From NCBI GenBank assembly GCA_963677595.1, contig OY782041.1:3936001-4000000 (forward strand): a DNA stretch of 64,000 nucleotides. The letters are read 5' to 3'. Position numbers and translations under genes: made by a program. Under the pieces are notes generated by a model. That model had not been told where the DNA came from, searched no databases, and saw nothing but the letters and a program-made list of their open reading frames with translations. This document shows, one piece after another, positions 18,485-26,750 of this stretch (its first letter is position 1; each line of letters opens with the position of its first letter). The stretch is from Spirochaetia bacterium (GTDB lineage: Bacteria > Spirochaetota > Spirochaetia > CAKZLE01).

Positions 18485-19765
18485 ATGGAAAAATTCTTTA
18501 AACTTCAGGAGCATAAGACGAATATGCGGACTGAGGTTCTGGCTGGTCTCACAACGTTTCTGACCATGGCGTACATTCTTATTGTGAACCCGCTCATTAT
18601 GAGTGAGACAGGAATGGATTTCGGGGCATTGTTCACCGCAACAGCCCTTTCATCTGCGATCGCGACCCTCGTTATGGCTTTTGCCGCAAACCTGCCGTTC
18701 GCCCTCGCACCCGGTATGGGACTCAATGCGTTCTTCGCATATACCGTAGTCCTGACCATGGGCTATTCCTGGCAGTTCGCACTGACAGCGGTCTTCCTCG
18801 AAGGTATCATCTTCATCATCCTGACGATCTTCAACGTCCGGGAAGCCATCATCAACAGTATCCCGATGAACATCAAGAAGGCTATCTCCGTAGGTATCGG
18901 CTTGTTCATCGCGTTCATCGGCTTCCAGAATGCCGGGATCATCGTAGACGGGGCTACCCTCGTCACCCTTGGTGACCTGACGACAGGGACAGCGCTGCTC
19001 GCAGTCATCGGGCTGGTCGTCACAGGTGTCCTCCTGGCTTTCAAGGTCAAGGGATCACTCCTGATCGGTATCGTGATCACGACGCTCATCGGTATACCCT
19101 TCGGGATCACCCAGGCCCCGAGCGGAAGCTGGGCACCCCCATCACTCGGGCCGATCATCTTCAAGTTCGAGTTCGCGCAGATCTTCACCTTTGACATGCT
19201 GATCGTGCTCTTCACCTTCCTGTTCGTCGACATGTTCGACACGGTCGGGACCCTGATCGGTGTATCGACGAAAGCCGGCATGCTCGATGCGAAGGGGAAC
19301 ATCCCCAAGGTCAAGCAGGCACTCATGGCAGATGCTATCGGTACGACAGTAGGCGCATGCCTCGGTACCAGTACGGTCACGACCTATGTCGAGAGTTCCG
19401 CTGGTGTTGCTGAAGGCGGACGGACCGGTCTCACAGCCCTCACGGTTGCAGTCCTGTTCATCATCGCGCTCTTCCTCTCACCACTGTTCCTGGCGATCCC
19501 GGGTGCAGCCACAGCCCCTGCCCTCATCCTGGTTGGCCTCTTCATGATGTCACCGGTCAAGGATATTAACTTCGATGACTTCACGGAAGCCATCCCTGCA
19601 TTCCTGACCCTCATCATCATGCCGGTCGCCTACAGCATCGCAGACGGTATCATGATCGGTATGCTCTCATGGATCCTCCTCAAGCTCTGCACAGGCAAAG
19701 CAAAGGAGATCAACGTACTCACTATCGTGATCGGGATCCTGTTCATACTCAAGCTTCTTGCATAG
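18485..19765 (+). CDS. NCS2 family purine permease (AzgA/PbuG-like)
   Basis: EVLAGLTTFLTMAYI, LAPGMGLNAFF, DMFDTVGTL and YVESSAGVAEGGRTG. Confidence 0.93.
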   Translation: MEKFFKLQEHKTNMRTEVLAGLTTFLTMAYILIVNPLIMSETGMDFGALFTATALSSAIATLVMAFAANLPFALAPGMGLNAFFAYTVVLTMGYSWQFALTAVFLEGIIFIILTIFNVREAIINSIPMNIKKAISVGIGLFIAFIGFQNAGIIVDGATLVTLGDLTTGTALLAVIGLVVTGVLLAFKVKGSLLIGIVITTLIGIPFGITQAPSGSWAPPSLGPIIFKFEFAQIFTFDMLIVLFTFLFVDMFDTVGTLIGVSTKAGMLDAKGNIPKVKQALMADAIGTTVGACLGTSTVTTYVESSAGVAEGGRTGLTALTVAVLFIIALFLSPLFLAIPGAATAPALILVGLFMMSPVKDINFDDFTEAIPAFLTLIIMPVAYSIADGIMIGMLSWILLKLCTGKAKEINVLTIVIGILFILKLLA

Positions 19766-19794
19766 TCTCCCCATTTCGGTATACTAGAACCTAT

Positions 19795-19830
19795 ACGGCT
19801 GTCTGTTCAGAACAGACAGCCGTTTCACTT
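19795..19830 (+). terminator. Probable intrinsic terminator after the NCS2 permease
   Basis: Stem acggctgtctgtt/aacagacagccgt followed by ttcactt. Confidence 0.7.
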
Positions 19831-19840
19831 TCAGGAGGAT

Positions 19841-20635
19841 ATGCAGATGGGACAGGTGATCATCACGGGGGCATCGAGGGGGATCGGGCGGGTGACTGCC
19901 CGGCAGTTCGCAGCTGCGGGGTATGAGGTAGTGGGTACGTCGAGAAACCCGCAGGGACTCGATACGGCGGGAGATCCCCCTGGACTGACCTACGACCTCC
20001 TCGACCTCTGCGACCCCGCCTCCATCGAGGCGTTCTGCACGCGCCACCCGGAGACTGACATCCTCATCCATAATGCGGGCATCTCACAGATAGGTGCTGC
20101 GGAGGACTTTGCCGACGAGACGATCGAGGAGCTCTACCAGACGAACCTGTTCGGGATCATGAGGCTCAACAGGTTCTACATCGGGAAGATGCGTCAACGG
20201 GGTTCAGGAAAGATCATCCACGTCAGTTCCCTTGCAGCCTTCACGCCGGTCCCCTTCTCCTCGGTATACGCATCTTCGAAGGCCGGCCTGGTCGCCTACT
20301 CCTCCGCCCTGCGCAGCGAGCTCCACCAGTACGGGATATGGGTCACGACGGTATTCTTCGATTTCGTGAAGACCACCCTCCCGCAGCTGGAAAATATACC
20401 GGAGGGGTCTGCGTATGCTCTTCAGGTGAGAAGGGCCAAACGTCAGCGGGACAGGAGTATCGAGGAGGGTATGCATGCAGACAGGGTCGCACAGGCCATA
20501 TTCCGTACTGCAGGACGGCGGAAGCCGCCTATCCTTCTCCCCATCGGGGGAAGGACACGGTTCATGTACCTGGTGAGCCGTCTGCTGCCTCCCGGCATCG
20601 TGGAGCGGCTTATACGCCTACGGTATGAACTCTGA
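19841..20635 (+). CDS. Short-chain dehydrogenase/reductase
   Basis: TGASRGIG, HNAG, SS and YASSK catalytic motif. Confidence 0.9.
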   Translation: MQMGQVIITGASRGIGRVTARQFAAAGYEVVGTSRNPQGLDTAGDPPGLTYDLLDLCDPASIEAFCTRHPETDILIHNAGISQIGAAEDFADETIEELYQTNLFGIMRLNRFYIGKMRQRGSGKIIHVSSLAAFTPVPFSSVYASSKAGLVAYSSALRSELHQYGIWVTTVFFDFVKTTLPQLENIPEGSAYALQVRRAKRQRDRSIEEGMHADRVAQAIFRTAGRRKPPILLPIGGRTRFMYLVSRLLPPGIVERLIRLRYEL

Positions 20636-23600
20636 GAGCGGGTTCTCGAGTGCTTCGGGTTCCTTGCTGAGTTCGAGCGGCACGATCTTGTTCATCTCTT
20701 CGACGATCCCTGAGGTATGTTCCCCGAAATCGAACATATTGAGGAGTTTCCTGAACATCGGGCGCACGAAATGGCGCAGCTGGTTGCTGTCCTTCTCGTA
20801 GGTCGTCTTGCTGTGGAGCACGAGGACGGTCACAGGGTCCGGGGACCGGAACATGCCGACCTCCTCGAACCCGAACTTCTTGTAGAGCTTGATCGTCTTC
20901 TTGTCATTCTGGAATACATCGATGATGACGTCCTCGACCCCGAGGTACCGCGAGAAGAGGAATACCAGGATGATCAACCCGATGGACACAGAGGTATTGC
21001 GCATCTCGGGCAGGACTGCCAGACGCAGGATCTCGGAACACTTCCTCCTCGATTTCAGCACTGACTCGATATCGAAGTTCTTGGCGATGGGCATCGGCCA
21101 GACATGTTCGGAAGTCAGCAGGGAGACCGTACCGACCGGCTGGATACCCTGGTATGCCAGGATATGGACGGCTTTCTCGTCGATCTCACGGTGGATCGAT
21201 TCCTCAAGGTAGCCCTTCTCGCCAACGAGCACCTTTCGCTGGATATAGAAGACATCATTGAGCCCGGTCGAATCGGTGACGAGGGTGAACGATATATTCT
21301 TCTTCTCATCCTCGTTGATCGGGAAGATCACGATGAATTCCGCTCCCTGCCCCTCTTCGCTCTTCACCCGTATCCTGCCGTCCATGCTGTCAACGATCTT
21401 GTAGCAGTTGGACAGCCCGAGGCCTGTCCCCTTCCCGGGAGCCTTCGTCGTGAAGAACGGCGTGAAGATCTGGTTGATGTCCTTGGAAGAGATCCCCGCA
21501 CCGGTATCCTTGATCGACACGTGGACGAAGCCGTTGACGACCCGGCAGTGCAGGGTCAGCGTCCCCTTCCCGTCCATTGCCTGCATGGCATTGACGATAA
21601 GGTTGAGGAAGAGCTGCTGCAGCTCGCTCTCGTTCGCCTCGATGGTGGGTAGGGCCTGGTAGCTCCGTTCCACCTTGATGTTCTTCGACTCATTACCACG
21701 GGAAGCGAGACGCAGGGAGAACTCGAGGATCCGCACGATGTCGACGGCCTGTTTCTCACGCTCCTCCTTCCTGGTATACACGGACAGTTCCCTGATGACA
21801 TCCGCAGCGGTCTTGGAGTATGAGATGATATCCTCTACATACTCCTTGATGGGAGAATCTTCTTCTATCTCAGACAACATGATCTCTCCAGTACCAAGGA
21901 TCCCGGCCAGGGGGTTGTTCAGTTCATGAGCGATGCCGGCAGCGAGGGTACCGATGCCTGCCATCTTCTCAGTCCTGACCAGTTCCTGCTGCAGGTTCTT
22001 ATTCTCAGTTACGTCATTGATGATCTCTATGAACTGTCCCTTTGAGTTCTTCGGGACCCGGATCGTATGGAATTGGAATGAATAGGTGGCATCCCCCACA
22101 TCAGCCTCGGAGACCTGCATCGCACCGGAGTGGAGACAGTCGAGGGCTTTGCAGAATGAACAGGGCCTGTTCCGGTCAAAGAGGACCCGGTAGCACTTGC
22201 GCCCGATGAGCTCCTCCCTGTTCTTACCGACGAAACCCGTGGTAGCACTGTTGACCTCACGGACCGTGTAGTCGATATCGATCATGCATACCGGGGATGC
22301 GATCCCGTTGAAGATCGCTTCGAGCTTGTTGTTGCTCATGATGAGTTCATGGCCCTGGTTGCGCAGCTGCTCGAACGAGAGCGCATTCTTCAGGGAGAGG
22401 GAGCACTGGGCAGCAAGGATCTCCAGGGCATCGAGCTCGATCTTGGAGATGATCATCTTGACCGGGTCGAACCCGATGAAGATGTAGCCCGCGATGCTCT
22501 TCCTGAAGATGAGCGGGATCACGACATCCGCATCGGGCAGCTTGGCACTGGTCATGAACCGCGGCTCATCCGGTTTTGCATAGAGGATGGAGCTTATATT
22601 CTCCTTCTGGAAGTTCTCGAGGTGGCGCTTCACGGAATCGGTGAAGTTGAACCGCACCTCGGAACCGATCTTCAGGTTCGTCTTGCAGTTGTTGTTCGAG
22701 ATCAGCTTGAAGTGGTCCTGCGTGTCCTTGAGGTCCTTGACGACGAAGAGGACCCAGTCGGTCTGGGAACCGATCTTGAGGGTCTCAACGACCTCATCCC
22801 CGAGTTCGGTGAGGTCCACGATGGTCGTGAGCCGCTGGCTCAGCCCCTTGATCGTCGCCTGGTAGGGGTGCCGCTTCGGGATGATGATCTTGTCGATCAT
22901 GTAGGAGATCAGGTTTCGTATCGGGTGGATCACGATGACCGTGACCAGTCCGAGGATGAAGGAGAGCTGTATGGTATTGAACGGGGCGAAGTCCTTGTTG
23001 AAGATCTGGACGATGTAGAAGATGACGAAGTAGGCGATCGCCGCGAAGATCACGAGGATCGTCGAGAACATGATGCTCAAGCCGATGCGGGAGTAGTTGA
23101 TCAGTTTGAACTTATAGATCGTGTAGAAGAGCAGGAAGGCATTGATCGTCGCCGCGAAGATATCGATGGGATACCTGCCGAGCACAGGGTTGACGTTGAG
23201 GAAGATACCGACGAGCATGATGATCACACCGATGAGCGGGAGATAGATATCCTTCCCGTAATGGATGCTGCTCTTCGACCGCTTCCCGATGAAGAGGATC
23301 AGCAGGATGAGGATCAGGTAGATATAGTCGATGGAGTACGCGATGTATACGCCGCTTCCCAGGGTATAGTGGAAGACGTTCATCTCATCGAACCATGCCG
23401 CGGAGACGACCCTCCCGGTCAGGTTCAAATACCCGAGCAGGAAGATGATCAGGTAGCTGTAATAGACGAATATACGGATCGGGCGGACCTTGATCTCCAT
23501 GATGTCGAGTATGAAGTGCATCAGCGGGAAGGGTGCTGACAGGAGGCCGAGGAGCATCACCTTGTTCCAGAGCAGCGGTGTGTAGATCGAACTGTTGAGG

Positions 23601-23764
23601 TGCATCATCAAGGAGCCGAAACTCCATACTACGATGAAACACATGTAGAGCTGGAAGGACCAGTAGAATCGATCCTTCTTATACTGCAGGAAACCGAACG
23701 CAGCAAAGAAGACATAGAGTATGAAAGATATAGCAGGTATGATGGTCGACACATCAATAATCAT
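20618..23764 (-). CDS. Sensor histidine kinase (multi-TM N-terminus, GAF-like, PAS, HisKA, HATPase) with C-terminal GNAT/acyl-synthase-like domain
   Basis: Hydrophobic helices in about the first 290 aa; H-box IAHELNNPL, N-box NLIVNAMQA, DTGAGI, FTPFFTTK, GTGLGL; then about 230 aa with VGTVSL, EILRLAVLPEMR and LYKKFGF. Confidence 0.88.
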   Translation of the reverse strand: MIIDVSTIIPAISFILYVFFAAFGFLQYKKDRFYWSFQLYMCFIVVWSFGSLMMHLNSSIYTPLLWNKVMLLGLLSAPFPLMHFILDIMEIKVRPIRIFVYYSYLIIFLLGYLNLTGRVVSAAWFDEMNVFHYTLGSGVYIAYSIDYIYLILILLILFIGKRSKSSIHYGKDIYLPLIGVIIMLVGIFLNVNPVLGRYPIDIFAATINAFLLFYTIYKFKLINYSRIGLSIMFSTILVIFAAIAYFVIFYIVQIFNKDFAPFNTIQLSFILGLVTVIVIHPIRNLISYMIDKIIIPKRHPYQATIKGLSQRLTTIVDLTELGDEVVETLKIGSQTDWVLFVVKDLKDTQDHFKLISNNNCKTNLKIGSEVRFNFTDSVKRHLENFQKENISSILYAKPDEPRFMTSAKLPDADVVIPLIFRKSIAGYIFIGFDPVKMIISKIELDALEILAAQCSLSLKNALSFEQLRNQGHELIMSNNKLEAIFNGIASPVCMIDIDYTVREVNSATTGFVGKNREELIGRKCYRVLFDRNRPCSFCKALDCLHSGAMQVSEADVGDATYSFQFHTIRVPKNSKGQFIEIINDVTENKNLQQELVRTEKMAGIGTLAAGIAHELNNPLAGILGTGEIMLSEIEEDSPIKEYVEDIISYSKTAADVIRELSVYTRKEEREKQAVDIVRILEFSLRLASRGNESKNIKVERSYQALPTIEANESELQQLFLNLIVNAMQAMDGKGTLTLHCRVVNGFVHVSIKDTGAGISSKDINQIFTPFFTTKAPGKGTGLGLSNCYKIVDSMDGRIRVKSEEGQGAEFIVIFPINEDEKKNISFTLVTDSTGLNDVFYIQRKVLVGEKGYLEESIHREIDEKAVHILAYQGIQPVGTVSLLTSEHVWPMPIAKNFDIESVLKSRRKCSEILRLAVLPEMRNTSVSIGLIILVFLFSRYLGVEDVIIDVFQNDKKTIKLYKKFGFEEVGMFRSPDPVTVLVLHSKTTYEKDSNQLRHFVRPMFRKLLNMFDFGEHTSGIVEEMNKIVPLELSKEPEALENPLSEFIP

Positions 23765-23823
23765 GCAGGTTCCTTTTATGTACTTTTCAATTGTGCCTGT
23801 TCATACTATTATAAAGATAAATT

Positions 23824-24387
23824 ATGGAATTTATCAATTTAATTCTGATTGGAACAGCAGGGTACATCCTGGTCTGTATATATGACCTCTCTCAATTATA
23901 CAGGAAAACTCTCCTCCGGTATATGAGTTCCACAGGTTTCATACTCACTTCAGTACCCTATATCATACTACTCTCCAATCGCGATTTTGTCCAGCTGACT
24001 ATTTCACATGTGATCCTGTTCACATTTCTGGCTATTCTAACCGGCCTGCTCATCTATTCCGTACTGATCGAGATCCCTCTCTATTACCATCGTATGAAGG
24101 GCCGTGAGAGCTCCCCAGGCAGTGCCCCGCCGCAACTCTATCGCCAGGGAACCTATGGATTCTCTCGACATCCGGGGTTTATCTGGTATACTGGAATCAA
24201 CAGCCTGTTCATCATCCTGGATACCCGATATCTCATGCTCATGGTGATATTGACAATATGCAATCTTTTATTGATTATAGTAGAAGATATTCATATCTTT
24301 CCAAGACTTTTTCCAGGCTATGAAGCATATAAAGAATCGGTCCCATTCATTCTGTCAGTTGGGATACGAAATAAAAGGGAGTCCTAG
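23824..24387 (+). CDS. ICMT/PEMT-family integral membrane methyltransferase
   Basis: TM helices plus LYRQGTYGFSRHPGF and ED...RLFPGYEAYKESVP motifs. Confidence 0.75.
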   Translation: MEFINLILIGTAGYILVCIYDLSQLYRKTLLRYMSSTGFILTSVPYIILLSNRDFVQLTISHVILFTFLAILTGLLIYSVLIEIPLYYHRMKGRESSPGSAPPQLYRQGTYGFSRHPGFIWYTGINSLFIILDTRYLMLMVILTICNLLLIIVEDIHIFPRLFPGYEAYKESVPFILSVGIRNKRES

Positions 24388-24390
24388 AAA

Positions 24391-25419
24391 GTGAACCAGC
24401 ACCATATAATCACGACTGACGACGATCCTGCTATCAGAAAGGTTCTGGAACTGATCCTGAAGAAGGCAGATTACAAGGTGACCAAATGCACTAACGGCGA
24501 TGAGCTCATCAGCCAGCTGAAGATCGACCATGCTTCGGTAGACCTGGTGATCCTCGACATCAAGATGCCCGGGAAGTCAGGGTTCGAGGTCCTGGAGATC
24601 ATCCACTCCCGCTACCCTGACCTCCCGATCATCATGATGACGGCATTCAGCGACCTCGAGACGGGCATGAAGGCCATCAGGGAGGGGGCTGCTGACTTCC
24701 TCTCGAAGCCGGTGCACAAGGCTGAGCTCCTCGACTGTGTCGAGCGGGTGCTCACCAAGTCGAAGGAACAGAAGGCAAAATCACACGCCTTCCACATCAA
24801 CTCCAACTACCAGAAAGAGCTCGAGACGAAACTCGATGATGCCTATATGACCATCATGAAGACCACGATGGCAACGATAGAGGCATTGTCGGAGACCATC
24901 GAGCAGAAGGATGTCTACACGAAGGGCCACTGCAGCCGGGTACGTTCCCTCTCGCTCAAGATAGCGGAATACCTCCCGCTCTCCTCCGATGATCTGCTCA
25001 TCCTCGAAGCCGGAGCCCTGCTCCACGACATCGGGAAGATCGGTATCTCCGAACAGATCCTCAACAAGAAGTCAACGCTCACCGATGAGGAGTTTGAGAC
25101 GATCAGGATGCACCCAGAGGCCGGGGCGAAGATCGTGCAGTACATCGACCTCTTCAAGCCCTATCTCCCGATCATCAGGAACCACCATGAGCGGTATGAC
25201 GGGACGGGCTATCCCGACGGGCTCAAGGGAGAGGAGATCCCCCTCCTGGTGCGTATCGTGACCTTGACCGACGCCTTTGATGCCATGACGAGCAACCGCC
25301 CCTACCGGGACGCCCTTCCCAAGCTCTTTGCCGTGGAGGAGCTCAAGCTCAACAGGGGCTCTCAGTTCGACCCCCACCTTGTCGATATCTTCATCGATCA
25401 TGAGATCTACGAGCTGTAG
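24391..25419 (+). CDS. Response regulator with HD-GYP phosphodiesterase domain (RpfG-like)
   Basis: REC (DDD, LDIKMP, TAF, KP) plus LHDIGK and HHERYDGTGYPDGLKGEEIP; GTG start 3 nt after the methyltransferase stop. Confidence 0.93.
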   Translation: MNQHHIITTDDDPAIRKVLELILKKADYKVTKCTNGDELISQLKIDHASVDLVILDIKMPGKSGFEVLEIIHSRYPDLPIIMMTAFSDLETGMKAIREGAADFLSKPVHKAELLDCVERVLTKSKEQKAKSHAFHINSNYQKELETKLDDAYMTIMKTTMATIEALSETIEQKDVYTKGHCSRVRSLSLKIAEYLPLSSDDLLILEAGALLHDIGKIGISEQILNKKSTLTDEEFETIRMHPEAGAKIVQYIDLFKPYLPIIRNHHERYDGTGYPDGLKGEEIPLLVRIVTLTDAFDAMTSNRPYRDALPKLFAVEELKLNRGSQFDPHLVDIFIDHEIYEL

Positions 25420-25431
25420 GTCAGGGGCATG

Positions 25432-25459
25432 AAAAAAGCCGACTGTGGGGACAGTCGGC
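25432..25459 (-). terminator. Intrinsic terminator between the convergent HD-GYP and ygeW genes
   Basis: Stem gccgactgt/acagtcggc with an A6 tract (U-tract on the minus strand). Confidence 0.75.
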
Positions 25460-25491
25460 AGGGTTTGGGTTATGGAGGTCGTTAGACCTGC

Positions 25492-26700
25492 CTATCGGAT
25501 GCGTGCCTTCGCTGCATCCAATAATTCCTTGAGTTTAGCCGCGGGGTCCTCGAACTTGCTGAGGAAGATCATCGCTGCGATGATGTACGGCTTGAAGCTC
25601 GCCTCTTTGTAGAGGGGCACACGATAGCGATCGAAGACGGAAGCGGAGACCTCCCCTTCCTTGCAGCTCACCCCTGAGATGTCTGCCGGCAGGCAGTGCA
25701 TATAGAGGGCCTTGCCGTCGCGTGTCTTTGCCATGAGTTCCTCGGTGCATTCCCAGTCCTTGAACTGTGCATTCTGTTCGAGACATCGCTTCTCCAGGTC
25801 CTTGAGCTCATCGAACTTTCCCTCTTCCACGAGCTGCGTCCGCTCTTCCATGACGGAGAAGGGAGCCCAGCTCTTCGGGTAGACGATATCGGCATCCTTG
25901 AAGGCCTCTTCCATGCTCTCGACCCTGGTGAAGGAACCGCCGCTCTTCCGGGCATTCTCTGCAGCGACCTCTTCCATCTCCGGCATCACGTTATAGCCTT
26001 CCGGATGGGCAAGGACCACATCCATGCCGAACCGGGTGAAGAGCCCGATGATACCCTGGGGAACTGAGAGCGGCTTCCCGTAGGATGGTGAATAGGCCCA
26101 GGTCATGGCGATCTTCTTGCCCTTGAGGTTCTCGACCCCGCCGAACTCATGGATGACATGGAGCATGTCAGCCATCGACTGGGTCGGGTGGTCTATATCA
26201 CACTGGAGGTTGACCAGGGTCGGTCTCTGCTCGAGTACCCCATCCTTGTTCCCCTCTTCAACGGCTTCGGCCACCTCTTTCATGTAGGTATGCCCCTTGC
26301 CGATGTACATGTCGTCCCGGATCCCGATGACGTCAGCCATGAAGGAGATCATGTTCGCAGTCTCCCTCACCGTCTCACCATGGGCGATCTGGCTCTTCCC
26401 CTCATCGAGGTCCTGTACTTCCAGGCCGAGCAGGTTGCAGGCACTGGCGAAACTGAACCGGGTCCTCGTCGAGTTGTCCCTGAACAGGGAGATTCCCAGC
26501 CCGCTGTCAAAGACCTTCGAGGAGATGTTCTCCTCCCTCATTGCCCTGAGGATATCGGCCACCTTGAATGTGGCATCGATCTCATCATCGCTCTCCTTCC
26601 AGGTATGGAAGAAGTCGTTCAGGTACATCCCCTTCGTCTCAAGCTCAGCAAGCGCCTCGATCATCTTCTGTATCTCTTTCTTCTTCATCTCTCTTTCCAT
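25492..26700 (-). CDS. ygeW: Knotted carbamoyltransferase YgeW
   Basis: FRDNSTRTRFS, NLQCDIDHPTQ, WAYSPSYGKPLSVPQG and YMHCLPAD. Confidence 0.95.
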   Translation of the reverse strand: MEREMKKKEIQKMIEALAELETKGMYLNDFFHTWKESDDEIDATFKVADILRAMREENISSKVFDSGLGISLFRDNSTRTRFSFASACNLLGLEVQDLDEGKSQIAHGETVRETANMISFMADVIGIRDDMYIGKGHTYMKEVAEAVEEGNKDGVLEQRPTLVNLQCDIDHPTQSMADMLHVIHEFGGVENLKGKKIAMTWAYSPSYGKPLSVPQGIIGLFTRFGMDVVLAHPEGYNVMPEMEEVAAENARKSGGSFTRVESMEEAFKDADIVYPKSWAPFSVMEERTQLVEEGKFDELKDLEKRCLEQNAQFKDWECTEELMAKTRDGKALYMHCLPADISGVSCKEGEVSASVFDRYRVPLYKEASFKPYIIAAMIFLSKFEDPAAKLKELLDAAKARIR

Positions 26701-26750
26701 CCTCCAACGGTAATCAAAAATAATAACATACTCTCTTCTCAGTATGGTGG

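Noticed and set aside
20618-20635. 18-bp tail-to-tail overlap of the SDR and kinase genes as antisense regulation
   Set aside because: Short convergent overlaps are common, and there is no further evidence of a functional link.
22349-23539. Long antisense ORFs (also 1333-2172, 35574-36527, 37765-38925, 39202-40149, 50120-51157, 59192-60088)
   Set aside because: They lie opposite well-supported genes and have no recognisable motifs; expected shadows of GC-biased codon usage.
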